Assembly: GCA_022749895.1 (NCBI GenBank)
Contig: JAKIWS010000004.1
Coordinates: 6,195-70,194 of the forward strand
Origin: Thermoplasmata archaeon
GTDB taxonomy: Archaea > Thermoplasmatota > Thermoplasmata > Lutacidiplasmatales > UBA184
Reading direction: 5' to 3'
DNA: 64,000 bases
Made by a program: the position numbers and the translations under genes. The notes under the pieces are model-generated. The model searched no databases. It saw only the letters and a list, made by a program, of their open reading frames with translations, and was not told where the DNA came from. Positions 35,805-44,401 of the stretch are shown here, one piece after another. Position 1 is the first letter of the stretch, and the number at the start of each line of letters is the position of its first letter.

Positions 35805-38570
35805 TTACTCTTCCCCGTCCGGGGGACGCTCCACCCCCGGGGCCGGCCGCGGGGAGCGCGGGGCCGGAGGTCGGCGTCGACGGCGGTCCTGCTGACGGAG
35901 AACAAGGAGCGCGACGACCGCGATCGCCTCCACCGCGAGGGCCGCGATCAGCCCGACGAGCCCCCAGAGCGGAACGGCGGAACCCGAGGCGGCGTTCGCG
36001 CCGGTCGAGGAAGTCGCCACCGTCACGTTGACCGCGCTGGAGGTCGCGGCGCGTCCGACGCCGTCCACGACCGTGGCCGTGAATGCGAACACTCCGGGGG
36101 CCGTCGGGGTGAACACGATGACGCCCCCCGTGCCGACGAGCTTCGCAGAGGCCCCGCCCGACGCCTCGTACCAGTTCACCACGAACGGAGCGGTCCCACC
36201 GGAAACGTTGGCCGCGAGCTCGGTGCCGGACCCGACGGTCGTGTCACCCCCGCTCGTCACCACCAGGGTGGGCAGCGGGTTCACCGTCAGATTGTCACCG
36301 AAATTCCAAGTGCCGCCCGTCGCGTCGGTGACCGTCAAAAGGACGGCCAGGGGTCCGGTCGCGTTCGCGGAGATGTTCTGCGCGAGGGAGCAGGAGCCGG
36401 ACGGACCCCGCGGCCCCCCGGCGATCGACCACGCACAGCTGTACGGCCCGACGCCCCCGGCGATCGTGGGGGTCAGCCGGAACGACATTCCCAGGTCGGC
36501 CGCGCTGGGCGAGCTCGCAAATGTGGCGGCCGGGTCGGGGAGAACCAGGACCGTGGCGTGGCCGGCCCCGGGGGGATCTCCCGCGGCGTCGCTCACCAGA
36601 ATCGAGACGCCGAACGACCCCGTCGCCGTCGGGCGACAGCGTAACGCCCAGCCCGAGGACGTGGCCGTACAGGCCGACGCGACCGTGGGGGTCCACGTGG
36701 CGGTCACAGCTCCCCGGCCGCCCACGGCCACCGCGGTGAAGGTGACGCTCTCGCCCAGGTCGATCGCGACGACGGACGACACGACGGCCGCGGCCAGCGG
36801 GGCATCCCAACGGTCCACGGTGACGGTCTCCACGCTGAAGGGCCCGGGAGGCTGGTACGACGACCCGACGAGAAGGTGGTCGACGAACGCGGTGAGGGTC
36901 CCGTTGGTCGACCGGTAGAGAAGCTCCTCCGTTGTTTGAGACTGGATGAAATTGATGCTGAGGATCTGCGCCGCATTCGCGCTGATCCGCTCCTCCCTCC
37001 CCGCGTAGACGCCCGACGCTCCGAGTCGCTCGTCCAGGGCGTAGCTCACCCCGTTCGCGGCGAGCCCGGTTTCGTTCCACCCTTGGACGACGTTGAGGGT
37101 GTCCGAGGTGAAGTTCCCGTAGATCGGGTAGCCGCCGCCGGTGTTCGACGTCTCGACGAACGACCCACCCAGGTCGACGCCGAAGGAGAAGCTGTACGAC
37201 CTTGACGTGGACCGAACGCTCGAGGGCGTCGTCAGATTCGTCCAGAATTGCATGGTGGAAGACCCGGTGAGGTTGTCCCAGCTCGAGGACATCGTCGGGA
37301 CGGTCTCGTTGTTCACGAACCGCTCAAGGACCTGCGTCGAAACGTTGGTCGTTCCCCCCGCTCCGGTGAACGTCGACGAGTACGCGTAGCCGATACTTCC
37401 GGCGTTGTCGTACACGTTCGAGGCCGGCGTCGTCGTGTGGTCGGCGATCGTGGGCAGGACGTCGCTCGTAGCCAGGGCGGGCGCTCCGGTCTTCGAGGTC
37501 GTCACGAACAGCCCTCCCATGACCAACCACGGGCTGCTCGGGTCCCGGCCCTGGACCGTGATGGTGATCGAATGCGTCCCCTCGAGCAAGCCCAGCGCCG
37601 CGGTCAGGTCGACGCGGTACGGACGGTCGTTCAGCGTGAACGTCGCGGGAATCGGGCGCCAGAGGAACAGGTCGAGGCCCCCCGTGTTGAGGTACGGGAA
37701 CGGTAGGACCGTCGCGATCGGCGTTCCGTCGCTGCTCACTTCGACGAGGCGGAACGCGGACTCCGTCGGTTCGCTCGCGTACCAGAACTCGTCGGCGCTG
37801 AACCCGTAGGCGTACAGTTCCAACGTCGCGTTGGTCGCGTTGGACGGTACCGTGACGTTGGCCGAAAGGGTCGCAACGCCCGGCTTGACGTAGGCCGAGG
37901 TCCAGATCGGAAGCACGACGTTCGCAACACTCGGGGGAGACTGCCCGGTGGGAACCGGGAACAGCGATACAGTCACGGTGGAGGTGAACGAGCCGCTGAT
38001 GATCGCCGCCGACAAGAGGAACGTCACGTTGACCGTTCCCTGGAACAGCGCCGAGTACTCCGTGAGGTCCTTCAGGACCACCCAGCGTCCGTACTCCGGC
38101 GTCGTTCCGAACAGGATCGGCACTCCGTCAACGTACGCCCGGTACGACGAGTCGTAGACCGAGCCGTACACGGTTCCCGTGTAGTTCAATTCGATCAGCG
38201 CGAACGGACCGGCGGGCGCCGCGAAGTCGAGATAGGAGCAGCACCCCGTCGTGTTGGCCGCCACGGTCTCGACCACGGGCGTGGTCGGCGGTAGGATCGG
38301 CGCAGGGCTGGCGAAAATCGCGGAGTTCGGAGGTCCCCCCGACGAGGGGGCGGTGTGGTTGGCGAGGCGCATGGCCGAGTCCATGGGACGCGAGAATTCG
38401 GCTGGGGCGAGGGCCGGCAGGAGAGCTGGCCGCTTGATGGTCGCTCCGCCCAGGGCGTGATTCGCAGGCAGCGGTGGCACGGCGGCCCCGGCCGTCGCTC
38501 CGAAGGTGGGCCACGCGGGCAATGCCACGAGGAGCGCGATGAACAAGGTCGCCCCGAGCAGGGCGCGCAT
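35805..38570 (-). CDS. Exported PNGase-A-like domain protein with PKD-like repeats and a C-terminal TM anchor
   Basis: Signal peptide MRALLGATLFIALLVALPAWP. The block YDSSYRAYVDGVPILFGTTPEYGRWVVLKDLTEYSALF resembles the PNGase A family (from memory). Three PKD-like repeats (GG.GPYSCAW..., VTDATGG, VVDGVGR). C-terminal TM + RQQDRRRRR. Confidence 0.55.
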   Translation of the reverse strand: MRALLGATLFIALLVALPAWPTFGATAGAAVPPLPANHALGGATIKRPALLPALAPAEFSRPMDSAMRLANHTAPSSGGPPNSAIFASPAPILPPTTPVVETVAANTTGCCSYLDFAAPAGPFALIELNYTGTVYGSVYDSSYRAYVDGVPILFGTTPEYGRWVVLKDLTEYSALFQGTVNVTFLLSAAIISGSFTSTVTVSLFPVPTGQSPPSVANVVLPIWTSAYVKPGVATLSANVTVPSNATNATLELYAYGFSADEFWYASEPTESAFRLVEVSSDGTPIATVLPFPYLNTGGLDLFLWRPIPATFTLNDRPYRVDLTAALGLLEGTHSITITVQGRDPSSPWLVMGGLFVTTSKTGAPALATSDVLPTIADHTTTPASNVYDNAGSIGYAYSSTFTGAGGTTNVSTQVLERFVNNETVPTMSSSWDNLTGSSTMQFWTNLTTPSSVRSTSRSYSFSFGVDLGGSFVETSNTGGGYPIYGNFTSDTLNVVQGWNETGLAANGVSYALDERLGASGVYAGREERISANAAQILSINFIQSQTTEELLYRSTNGTLTAFVDHLLVGSSYQPPGPFSVETVTVDRWDAPLAAAVVSSVVAIDLGESVTFTAVAVGGRGAVTATWTPTVASACTATSSGWALRCRPTATGSFGVSILVSDAAGDPPGAGHATVLVLPDPAATFASSPSAADLGMSFRLTPTIAGGVGPYSCAWSIAGGPRGPSGSCSLAQNISANATGPLAVLLTVTDATGGTWNFGDNLTVNPLPTLVVTSGGDTTVGSGTELAANVSGGTAPFVVNWYEASGGASAKLVGTGGVIVFTPTAPGVFAFTATVVDGVGRAATSSAVNVTVATSSTGANAASGSAVPLWGLVGLIAALAVEAIAVVALLVLRQQDRRRRRPPAPRSPRPAPGVERPPDGEE

Positions 38571-38593
38571 TCTCCGAGCGAACCCGCGGGCGT

Positions 38594-38601
38594 TAATTAC
38601 G
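38594..38601 (-). promoter_or_regulatory. AT-rich TATA-like element (GTAATTAA on the minus strand) about 25-30 nt upstream of ATG 38570
   Basis: gcgTTAATTACgtg is an isolated AT island. The spacing suits a leaderless transcript. Confidence 0.35.
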
Positions 38602-38662
38602 TGTTACCGAGCCGCACCGAGCGCGGCCCCTGTCGGTTCGTGGCGCCGCCGGATTGAGGGGG

Positions 38663-38995
38663 TCATGTCGGCGGGAGCCGAATCCGCCGCTCATCAAAGA
38701 CGTGCACGGAGCACGTCCCGGGTCGGAATCGAAAACTGTGCGGCACCTGTGCCGGGATGAGGTGCGTCGACCCGGCGGTGTGAAGCTCGCTCCGCCCGTC
38801 GATCATCATCTCGATCGCCCCCTCCGCGACGAAGCCCCATTCGAGCCCGTGGGTGTGGGTCGGCACCTCCACGAGGGGCATCGCGGGCTCGACCTCGATG
38901 AACAGCACCTGCGTCCGGCCATCATCGTGAACGTACACGTGGGCGCCGAACAGCTCCGACCTCGGTAGGGCGCGAATGGTCGCCGGGAACGGCAT
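38663..38995 (-). CDS. Cupin-domain protein (110 aa)
   Basis: From ATG 38995: the two-motif cupin pattern HTHGLEWGFVAEG...G....H.IPAQVPHSF. Confidence 0.65.
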   Translation of the reverse strand: MPFPATIRALPRSELFGAHVYVHDDGRTQVLFIEVEPAMPLVEVPTHTHGLEWGFVAEGAIEMMIDGRSELHTAGSTHLIPAQVPHSFRFRPGTCSVHVFDERRIRLPPT

Positions 38996-39050
38996 ACGGC
39001 CCGGGAAAGTCCGCGAGCGGAAAAACACCTCGGCGGGAGGGGGGAGGGCG

Positions 39051-39509
39051 CTAGCGGCTGGAACTCGAGGCCGCCGAGCGGGGGACGGTGAGCCGGAACC
39101 GACTGCGGGGTCCGTCGTACTCGAACTTTGCCTGCGCGAGCAGGTCGCGGCCGAGGAGCGCGCCGAGGCGATCACCCGGTAGTGGAGCCTCCAAGGCCGT
39201 GACCTCCAGACCCAAGTTGTGGTTGAGCCAGAAGCGCACGCGGTACTCCGGGGCCTCGAGGTCGGTCGACGACGGGGTGTCGATCTCGACGAGCCCGACC
39301 GGCGTGAGGCGGAGGCGGGCCGCGAGGCCCCGTTGGATCAAGCTGCGGCCGGCGCCGATATCGATGAGCGCCCGGACCTCTTGGGGAGGTGGCACCGGCT
39401 GGCCGGTCCGTCGCAGGGCGGCTTCCGCGTCGGCGCTCACGCCAATCCGCACGGGCAGGATCGCCCCCTCGTCCCGTAGATCGCGAACGGCGACGGTGAA
39501 GGACGGCAT
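39051..39509 (-). CDS. Retropepsin-like (clan AA) aspartyl peptidase homolog with a DIG variant of the DTG/DSG motif
   Basis: ALIDIGAGRSLI at the expected position, and a later GALLGRDLL (the G-hydrophobic-LG-x-D-hydrophobic-L flap/dimer motif typical of the family). Start at ATG 39509. Confidence 0.6.
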   Translation of the reverse strand: MPSFTVAVRDLRDEGAILPVRIGVSADAEAALRRTGQPVPPPQEVRALIDIGAGRSLIQRGLAARLRLTPVGLVEIDTPSSTDLEAPEYRVRFWLNHNLGLEVTALEAPLPGDRLGALLGRDLLAQAKFEYDGPRSRFRLTVPRSAASSSSR

Positions 39510-39510
39510 C

Positions 39511-39759
39511 CTACGGCGAACGCCCGAAGAGGTCGAGGCGAAGTCGGTTCGCATCCGGGCGGATCTGCCGGACGAAGAAAGGGACCGGACCGAAGGCATC
39601 GTACCCGGCCCGGATCGCCTCGGCCTCGGTCGAGAAGATGCCGACGACCTGCGCCCCCCGGATCAACACGTACTTTCCCTGGTCGCTCGCGAGGAGGCGC
39701 TCGCTCTCGCGCCCGAAGCACGCGTACTCTTCGCGCAGGACGCGATGCACGCTGGTCAT
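39511..39759 (-). CDS. Small (82 aa) protein coupled to the retropepsin-like gene (possibly DUF5678-like)
   Basis: From ATG 39759: MTSVHRVLREEYACF...GKYVLIRGAQVVGIFSTEAEAIRAGYDAFGPVPFFVRQI. Its TAG stop is 1 nt from the next ATG. Confidence 0.45.
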   Translation of the reverse strand: MTSVHRVLREEYACFGRESERLLASDQGKYVLIRGAQVVGIFSTEAEAIRAGYDAFGPVPFFVRQIRPDANRLRLDLFGRSP

Positions 39760-39860
39760 GCGCGACCGGGCAACCCCGACCGAATTCGGCCCCGGGCGGT
39801 CGATGGAAGGCGGCGTCGACGAATCCGAGGAAACCCTCTCATAGTACCAAACCAACTACG

Positions 39861-40526
39861 ATGGCGGGGAGCAGGCGCTTGGAGCTCGAAACGGTTCCGG
39901 GGCTCGTCCCCTCGATCCTCGTGACCCTCCAACCGAAGGAGTCCGTGTACTGCGAACACGGGATCATGCTGTTCAAGGACCCGACGGTGGGGGTCGGGCG
40001 AAAGACGATCAAATCCGGGGGTTTCCTCAAGACGATGGAACGGAGCACGGTCGGCGGCATCCCGTACTTCCTGACCGAGTTCATCGGGCCGGGCGTCGTG
40101 GGATTCTCGCGCGACGGCGTCGGCGAGGTCCGCGTGGTGGAGCTCGCGGCGAACGAGGAGCTCGACGTCGCCGAAGGGTCGCTCATCTGCGCGGAGAGCC
40201 ACATCCCCTACGACATGCAGTACGTAAAAGGGACCCACCGACCGGGACGGATGATCGGCTTCTGGATGGACCGGCTCACCGGACCGGGGAAGGTCGCGCT
40301 CCACGCCTACGGGAACGTGATCAGCATGTCGCTCGCCGCCCACGAGACCGTCACGGCCGACATGGGGGCGCTCCTCTACAAGAGCGGCAGCGTCACGGCG
40401 GCGACCCAGAATTTGCCGTTCGGGGGTGGTCTCCTGGGCCGCCTCGAGGCGTACGAGGTCCTCCAGCTGACCGGGCCGGGCAAGATCGCGTTGCAGAGCA
40501 TCGACCCGAAGCAGCCGCACTACTAG
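39861..40526 (+). CDS. AIM24/TIGR00266 (DUF124) family protein, paralog 1
   Basis: Family pattern: GEVRVVELAANEELDVAEGSLICAE...LTGPGKVALHAYGNV...L..HETVTADMGALL...LQLTGPGKIALQS. Confidence 0.8.
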   Translation: MAGSRRLELETVPGLVPSILVTLQPKESVYCEHGIMLFKDPTVGVGRKTIKSGGFLKTMERSTVGGIPYFLTEFIGPGVVGFSRDGVGEVRVVELAANEELDVAEGSLICAESHIPYDMQYVKGTHRPGRMIGFWMDRLTGPGKVALHAYGNVISMSLAAHETVTADMGALLYKSGSVTAATQNLPFGGGLLGRLEAYEVLQLTGPGKIALQSIDPKQPHY

Positions 40527-40540
40527 GAGCGACGGAAACC

Positions 40541-40729
40541 ATGCCGATCCCGGAGGAGTTCGTCAAGAAGCGGACCGAAGTGACGATCAGCCGCGCCACG
40601 CTCCAGGAGATCAACTGCAAGAGCTGCGGCGCGAAGATCAAGCCCACCAACATCCAGGGCGGCTACGCGAAGTGCGAGTACTGTGGCGGGGCGTACGCCC
40701 TCGCCGTCGACGGGCAATCGGTGGTCTGA
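40541..40729 (+). CDS. Small Zn-ribbon protein (62 aa) embedded between the AIM24 paralogs
   Basis: CKSCGAKI...CEYCGG (CxxC-x18-CxxC). It starts 14 nt after paralog 1 and ends 9 nt before paralog 2. Confidence 0.6.
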   Translation: MPIPEEFVKKRTEVTISRATLQEINCKSCGAKIKPTNIQGGYAKCEYCGGAYALAVDGQSVV

Positions 40730-40738
40730 GGTGGCGCG

Positions 40739-41401
40739 ATGAAGGCGGACACCGTGGGCGGCATCACGCCGGCCGTCCTCGTGCAGCTTCGGCCCGGCGA
40801 GAAGATCCTCGCCGCCCACGAGATCATGCTCTACAAGGAGGGGACGGTCAAGCTCGCCCGCCGGACCCTGAAATCCCTCGGCGTGAGCACGACCCACATG
40901 CTCGCGCTCCGCGCCCAGGGGGACAGCGAGGAGAGCTACTTCCTCGCCGAGTTCGAAGGACCGGGCAGCGTGACGTTCTCGCGCGACAAGGCCGGCGAAG
41001 TCCGTATCGTCGAGCTCGCGGCGGGACAGACGATGCGCCTTCGGCAGGGCCACATCATCTGTTTCGACCCGACGGTGAAGTACAATCCCATCGTGCTCCT
41101 GCAGTACCCGTCGCCGACGCCGAACGAGAACGGGCAGCGCCCGACCGTCTACGTGTTCGCCGACGAGCTCACGGGACCCGGGACGATCGTCTTCCAGTCG
41201 ATCGGCAACATCCTGAGCTTCACCTTGGGCCCGCAGGAGAGTCTGCGCACCTCGGTGAATGCCCTCCTGGCGGTGGGCGGGACCAACCGCTTCGCGCTCA
41301 ATTGGCTCGCGCCGGGGCAGATGGCGGGGAACGTGAGCACGGCCGTGCCGGTCATCGACGTCACCGGACCCGGCGTCGTGATGGTGCACAGCGGATGGTG
41401 A
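40739..41401 (+). CDS. AIM24/TIGR00266 family protein, paralog 2 (most divergent)
   Basis: GEVRIVELAAGQTMRLRQGHIICFD...LTGPGTIVFQSIGNILSFTL...VTGPGVVMVHS. Preceded by the SD-like GAGGTGG. Confidence 0.75.
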   Translation: MKADTVGGITPAVLVQLRPGEKILAAHEIMLYKEGTVKLARRTLKSLGVSTTHMLALRAQGDSEESYFLAEFEGPGSVTFSRDKAGEVRIVELAAGQTMRLRQGHIICFDPTVKYNPIVLLQYPSPTPNENGQRPTVYVFADELTGPGTIVFQSIGNILSFTLGPQESLRTSVNALLAVGGTNRFALNWLAPGQMAGNVSTAVPVIDVTGPGVVMVHSGW

Positions 41402-41408
41402 GCGACGC

Positions 41409-42062
41409 ATGAAGGTCGACGTCAAGGGCGAGATGATCCCGGCCGCGCTCGTGGAGCTGGCGGCCGGCGAAGAGGTCTACTGCGAGGGCGGGCTCCTCCT
41501 CTACAGCGACCCGAGCGTGGGATTCCAGATCCGCTGGATGACCCAGGGAGGGGTCGCGGGCGCGATCAAGCGCACCTTGCTCGGCGGGGTCCCCTTCCAC
41601 ATGCACGTCTTCACCGGACCGGGCTACGCCGCGTTCAGTCGCTCGCGTCCGGGCGAAGTCCGGCAGATCGAGCTCGCCGCCGGCCAGACGATCGATGTGG
41701 CGGAGCATTCCCTCCTCCTCGCTTCCAACACCGTTCAGTACAACTCCTACTACGTCCCGGGGACCGGCCGCGTCGGCCGGATGATCGGTTTCTGGATGGA
41801 ACAGTTGACCGGCCCCGGCACCATCGTCTACCAGGGCCACGGCAACATCCTGAGCTTCAACCTCAAAGCCGGCGAGGGGATGGAGATCGACCACGGCGCC
41901 CTCCTGCTCAAGGACCCGTCCGTCACGCTCCGAGCGTACAATCAGCCACTCGGGAGCGGGCTGCTCGGCCACGCCATGAGCTTTGAAGCGCTCCACGTCG
42001 AGGGTCCCGGCCAGTTGCTGATCCAGACGCTCGACCCGACGCGCGCCGGACCCGCGGCCTGA
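41409..42062 (+). CDS. AIM24/TIGR00266 family protein, paralog 3
   Basis: GEVRQIELAAGQTIDVAEHSLLLAS...GRMIGFWMEQLTGPGTIVYQGHGNILSFNL...VEGPGQLLIQT. Shares GRMIGFWM(D/E)(R/Q)LTGPG with paralog 1. Preceded by the SD-like GGTGAG. Confidence 0.8.
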   Translation: MKVDVKGEMIPAALVELAAGEEVYCEGGLLLYSDPSVGFQIRWMTQGGVAGAIKRTLLGGVPFHMHVFTGPGYAAFSRSRPGEVRQIELAAGQTIDVAEHSLLLASNTVQYNSYYVPGTGRVGRMIGFWMEQLTGPGTIVYQGHGNILSFNLKAGEGMEIDHGALLLKDPSVTLRAYNQPLGSGLLGHAMSFEALHVEGPGQLLIQTLDPTRAGPAA

Positions 42063-42115
42063 CGTTCCGTCCGGGGACAAAGTACATCCTTTCGGCGGCC
42101 CCTTCGCCGGAGGGA

Positions 42116-42670
42116 TTGGGAGTCGTCCGATCGGTGGCGCAGATCGACCTCGTCACGCTCACGGCGATCGGGACGTGGGTCCTGGTGATCGGGACGCTGA
42201 TCCTGATGTACTGGCAGACCCGCCAGGCGCAGCGGCTCAACTCCGCGAACGCCGTGATGGCCCTGCGGGAGCGGTACGACACCCCGCAGCTGCGTCGGAC
42301 CCGCCGGGCCCTCGCGAATTCGCTGCTCAGCGAGCCGGGGGAGACGTTTCCCCGCGCCGAGCTGCTGACGTTCTTCGAGCTCCTGGGCGTCATGACGCAC
42401 CGGAAGCTCCTCGACCGGGAACTCGTCTGGAACTCGTTCGGCGGCTGGGTCTCCAGCTACTACTTCATGCTCACGCATCCGCACGACCGGATCGCGGCGG
42501 TCCGGGAGCGGATGGGCGACCCCCTTGCCTTCGCCGAGTTCGAGTGGCTCTACCACACCGTCCAGGCGATCGACCGAAAGCGACTCGGGCCGACGGAGGC
42601 GAACCTGATCGAGTCGCGGGAGGAAGCGCGGTCGATCCTGCACCACGAGAGCGAACTCCCGCTCGAGTAA
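42116..42670 (+). CDS. N-terminal TM helix + helical domain protein, last gene of the AIM24 cluster (possibly DUF4760-like)
   Basis: TLTAIGTWVLVIGTLILMYW TM, then an all-helical domain (LRERYDTPQLRRTRRALANSLL...). TTG 42116 or GTG 42134 follows the SD-like GGAGGG. Confidence 0.5.
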   Translation: MGVVRSVAQIDLVTLTAIGTWVLVIGTLILMYWQTRQAQRLNSANAVMALRERYDTPQLRRTRRALANSLLSEPGETFPRAELLTFFELLGVMTHRKLLDRELVWNSFGGWVSSYYFMLTHPHDRIAAVRERMGDPLAFAEFEWLYHTVQAIDRKRLGPTEANLIESREEARSILHHESELPLE

Positions 42671-42713
42671 CGCGACCAGCCGGACGAGAGGGGCCCGCGC
42701 CTCCCCGTCTAAC

Positions 42714-43472
42714 TCAGTAGCTGAAAGTGAACGACAGCGCCTGCTGTTCGACCGCGCGAACCACGCCGCCGTCGTCGAGATATACGTAGAGCACCACGGT
42801 CAGCGTGAAGCTACTGAGGACCGCGGGGTGGTTCAGGACCATCCGGATGCCCGGCCCGTAGATCGCGCCGGTCGCGAGCGTCACCGGCGACGTGGCCGCG
42901 GTCACGGTCACCCCGTTCCGGACGAGGATGTGGACCGCGCTGACGATCGGATTCCCGGCGCCCACCCGTTGCAGGTAGAGCTGGACGTTGCGCGCCAGGG
43001 CCAGCGTGCCGCTCGACGCGACGAGGTCGAGCCGGGCCCGGAACGTGTGGCCGACCCCTACGGGCACGACCGTGGAGAAATGGAGCGCCGGAAGGAACGC
43101 GAGCCGCGTACGCGTCCCACATCCGCCCGGCTCGGTGACGGCGACCGCACCTCGCGCGGCTCCCGCGACGACCGGCACCGTGCCGACGGCCGTCGACGCG
43201 CAAACTCCGAGGCCCGCGCGCGTGGTGAGTCCCGTGAGCAGGGTCCATGGTGTGACGGCGGTGGCGTTCACGTGGCTCGCGTACTGAACGAGCACCGTTC
43301 CAAGGGACGACGGCAGGAACAGCCCGGCGAGAACGACGACGGCCCCGACGAGGCTCAGATACCGCGCCGCGCGACGCGCCGCGCGCGGACGGAACGGCCT
43401 CCGAGGGGGCGCATCTCCCTTCTCGCGCGCCCGAAGCACCGACCCTCGAAACCGGTCGTTCCATCGAACCAA
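42714..43472 (-). CDS. Exported/anchored Ala-Thr-Val-rich beta protein, paralog C of a three-member family
   Basis: Basic N-terminus + TM (RRAARYLSLVGAVVVLAGLF), one Cys pair, and a C-terminal TVVLYVY strand. Shares the architecture of 43546..44274 and 44402..45085. Confidence 0.5.
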   Translation of the reverse strand: MVRWNDRFRGSVLRAREKGDAPPRRPFRPRAARRAARYLSLVGAVVVLAGLFLPSSLGTVLVQYASHVNATAVTPWTLLTGLTTRAGLGVCASTAVGTVPVVAGAARGAVAVTEPGGCGTRTRLAFLPALHFSTVVPVGVGHTFRARLDLVASSGTLALARNVQLYLQRVGAGNPIVSAVHILVRNGVTVTAATSPVTLATGAIYGPGIRMVLNHPAVLSSFTLTVVLYVYLDDGGVVRAVEQQALSFTFSY

Positions 43473-43545
43473 GCCTTCAAGAACCCATCGATAGAATCGC
43501 TACGGCGCTCGCGCGTGAAAACGCGGGAGCGGGAACCGAAACCGC

Positions 43546-44274
43546 ATGGCAAACGAACTCCGGGCAAGCCCAGCTTTGGCCAAGACGAGATCGCGCGTAC
43601 GATGGCTGTCGGTGCTGACGGGATTGGCCGTCGTACTCGTGGCGGGCGTCGTCGTGGCCGACGTCGTGTTGAACTTTACGACGAGCACCGGCGTGGGCGC
43701 GAACACGAGCGCTCCGTTCGAGTTCCAGAACGGCGCGAACTACGCGACGGCCCACGGGTTCGGGTTCGTGACCAGCGCCTACCCCGGCGGGAGCTCCCCG
43801 GGGGTCAGCGTCACGACGACGATCAGCGGCATCGCGACCGTCCCGGTATCGATGTTCGACGTCAACGAGCTCATCACCGCGGTCCTGACGACGAGCACCG
43901 CCCACGTCGGGAACGTCTTTGTCCCGTCGGCCGCCGCGGTCGCCGTGGCCGGGCTCATCTGCGCCTACGCGTTCGTCTCGACGGCCCTCCCGTCGGCCGG
44001 CGCGGTGGCGGTCGCCGGGGCCCCGGCGGGCTGCGCTGCGACGCTCCCGACGCTCGGGGCGCTCTCCTCCGGCTGCTCCGGCGGAGTGGCGAACGTCGCC
44101 GCGGTCAACCTCGTGGCGGGAACCGTCACGGGCTCGATCGCCGCGTCGTGCACCGTCCCGAGCGCGACGGCCGCCAGCACCATCGTCCTGTACGTGAGCT
44201 ACTACATCGCGACGAGCGGCCCGGTCGCCGCGACGACGCTCAATTCGTTCGCGATCCCGATCACGCTGCCCTAG
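43546..44274 (+). CDS. Exported/anchored Ala-Thr-Val-rich beta protein, paralog A
   Basis: RSRVRWLSVLTGLAVVLVAGVVVADVVLNFTT...SAPFEFQNGANYATA. Two Cys pairs. C-terminal IVLYVSYY. Confidence 0.55.
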   Translation: MANELRASPALAKTRSRVRWLSVLTGLAVVLVAGVVVADVVLNFTTSTGVGANTSAPFEFQNGANYATAHGFGFVTSAYPGGSSPGVSVTTTISGIATVPVSMFDVNELITAVLTTSTAHVGNVFVPSAAAVAVAGLICAYAFVSTALPSAGAVAVAGAPAGCAATLPTLGALSSGCSGGVANVAAVNLVAGTVTGSIAASCTVPSATAASTIVLYVSYYIATSGPVAATTLNSFAIPITLP

Positions 44275-44401
44275 ACGGGGCGGGTCGGGCCGCGGCGACA
44301 ACCCTTTCCCACCCTATTCCAACCCGCTTCTCATCGCTCCGCCGGCGTGCCGGTGGAGGCATGGATTCTTAGACGGACCGGGACTGGCTCGTCGGATCGC
44401 G

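Noticed and set aside
38999-39011. GGGAAAGTCCG, resembling the RNase P RNA CR-I motif, in the cupin/retropepsin intergenic gap.
   Set aside because: The gap is only about 55 nt and is flanked by coding sequence. No CR-IV/CR-V partners or P4 pairing were found.
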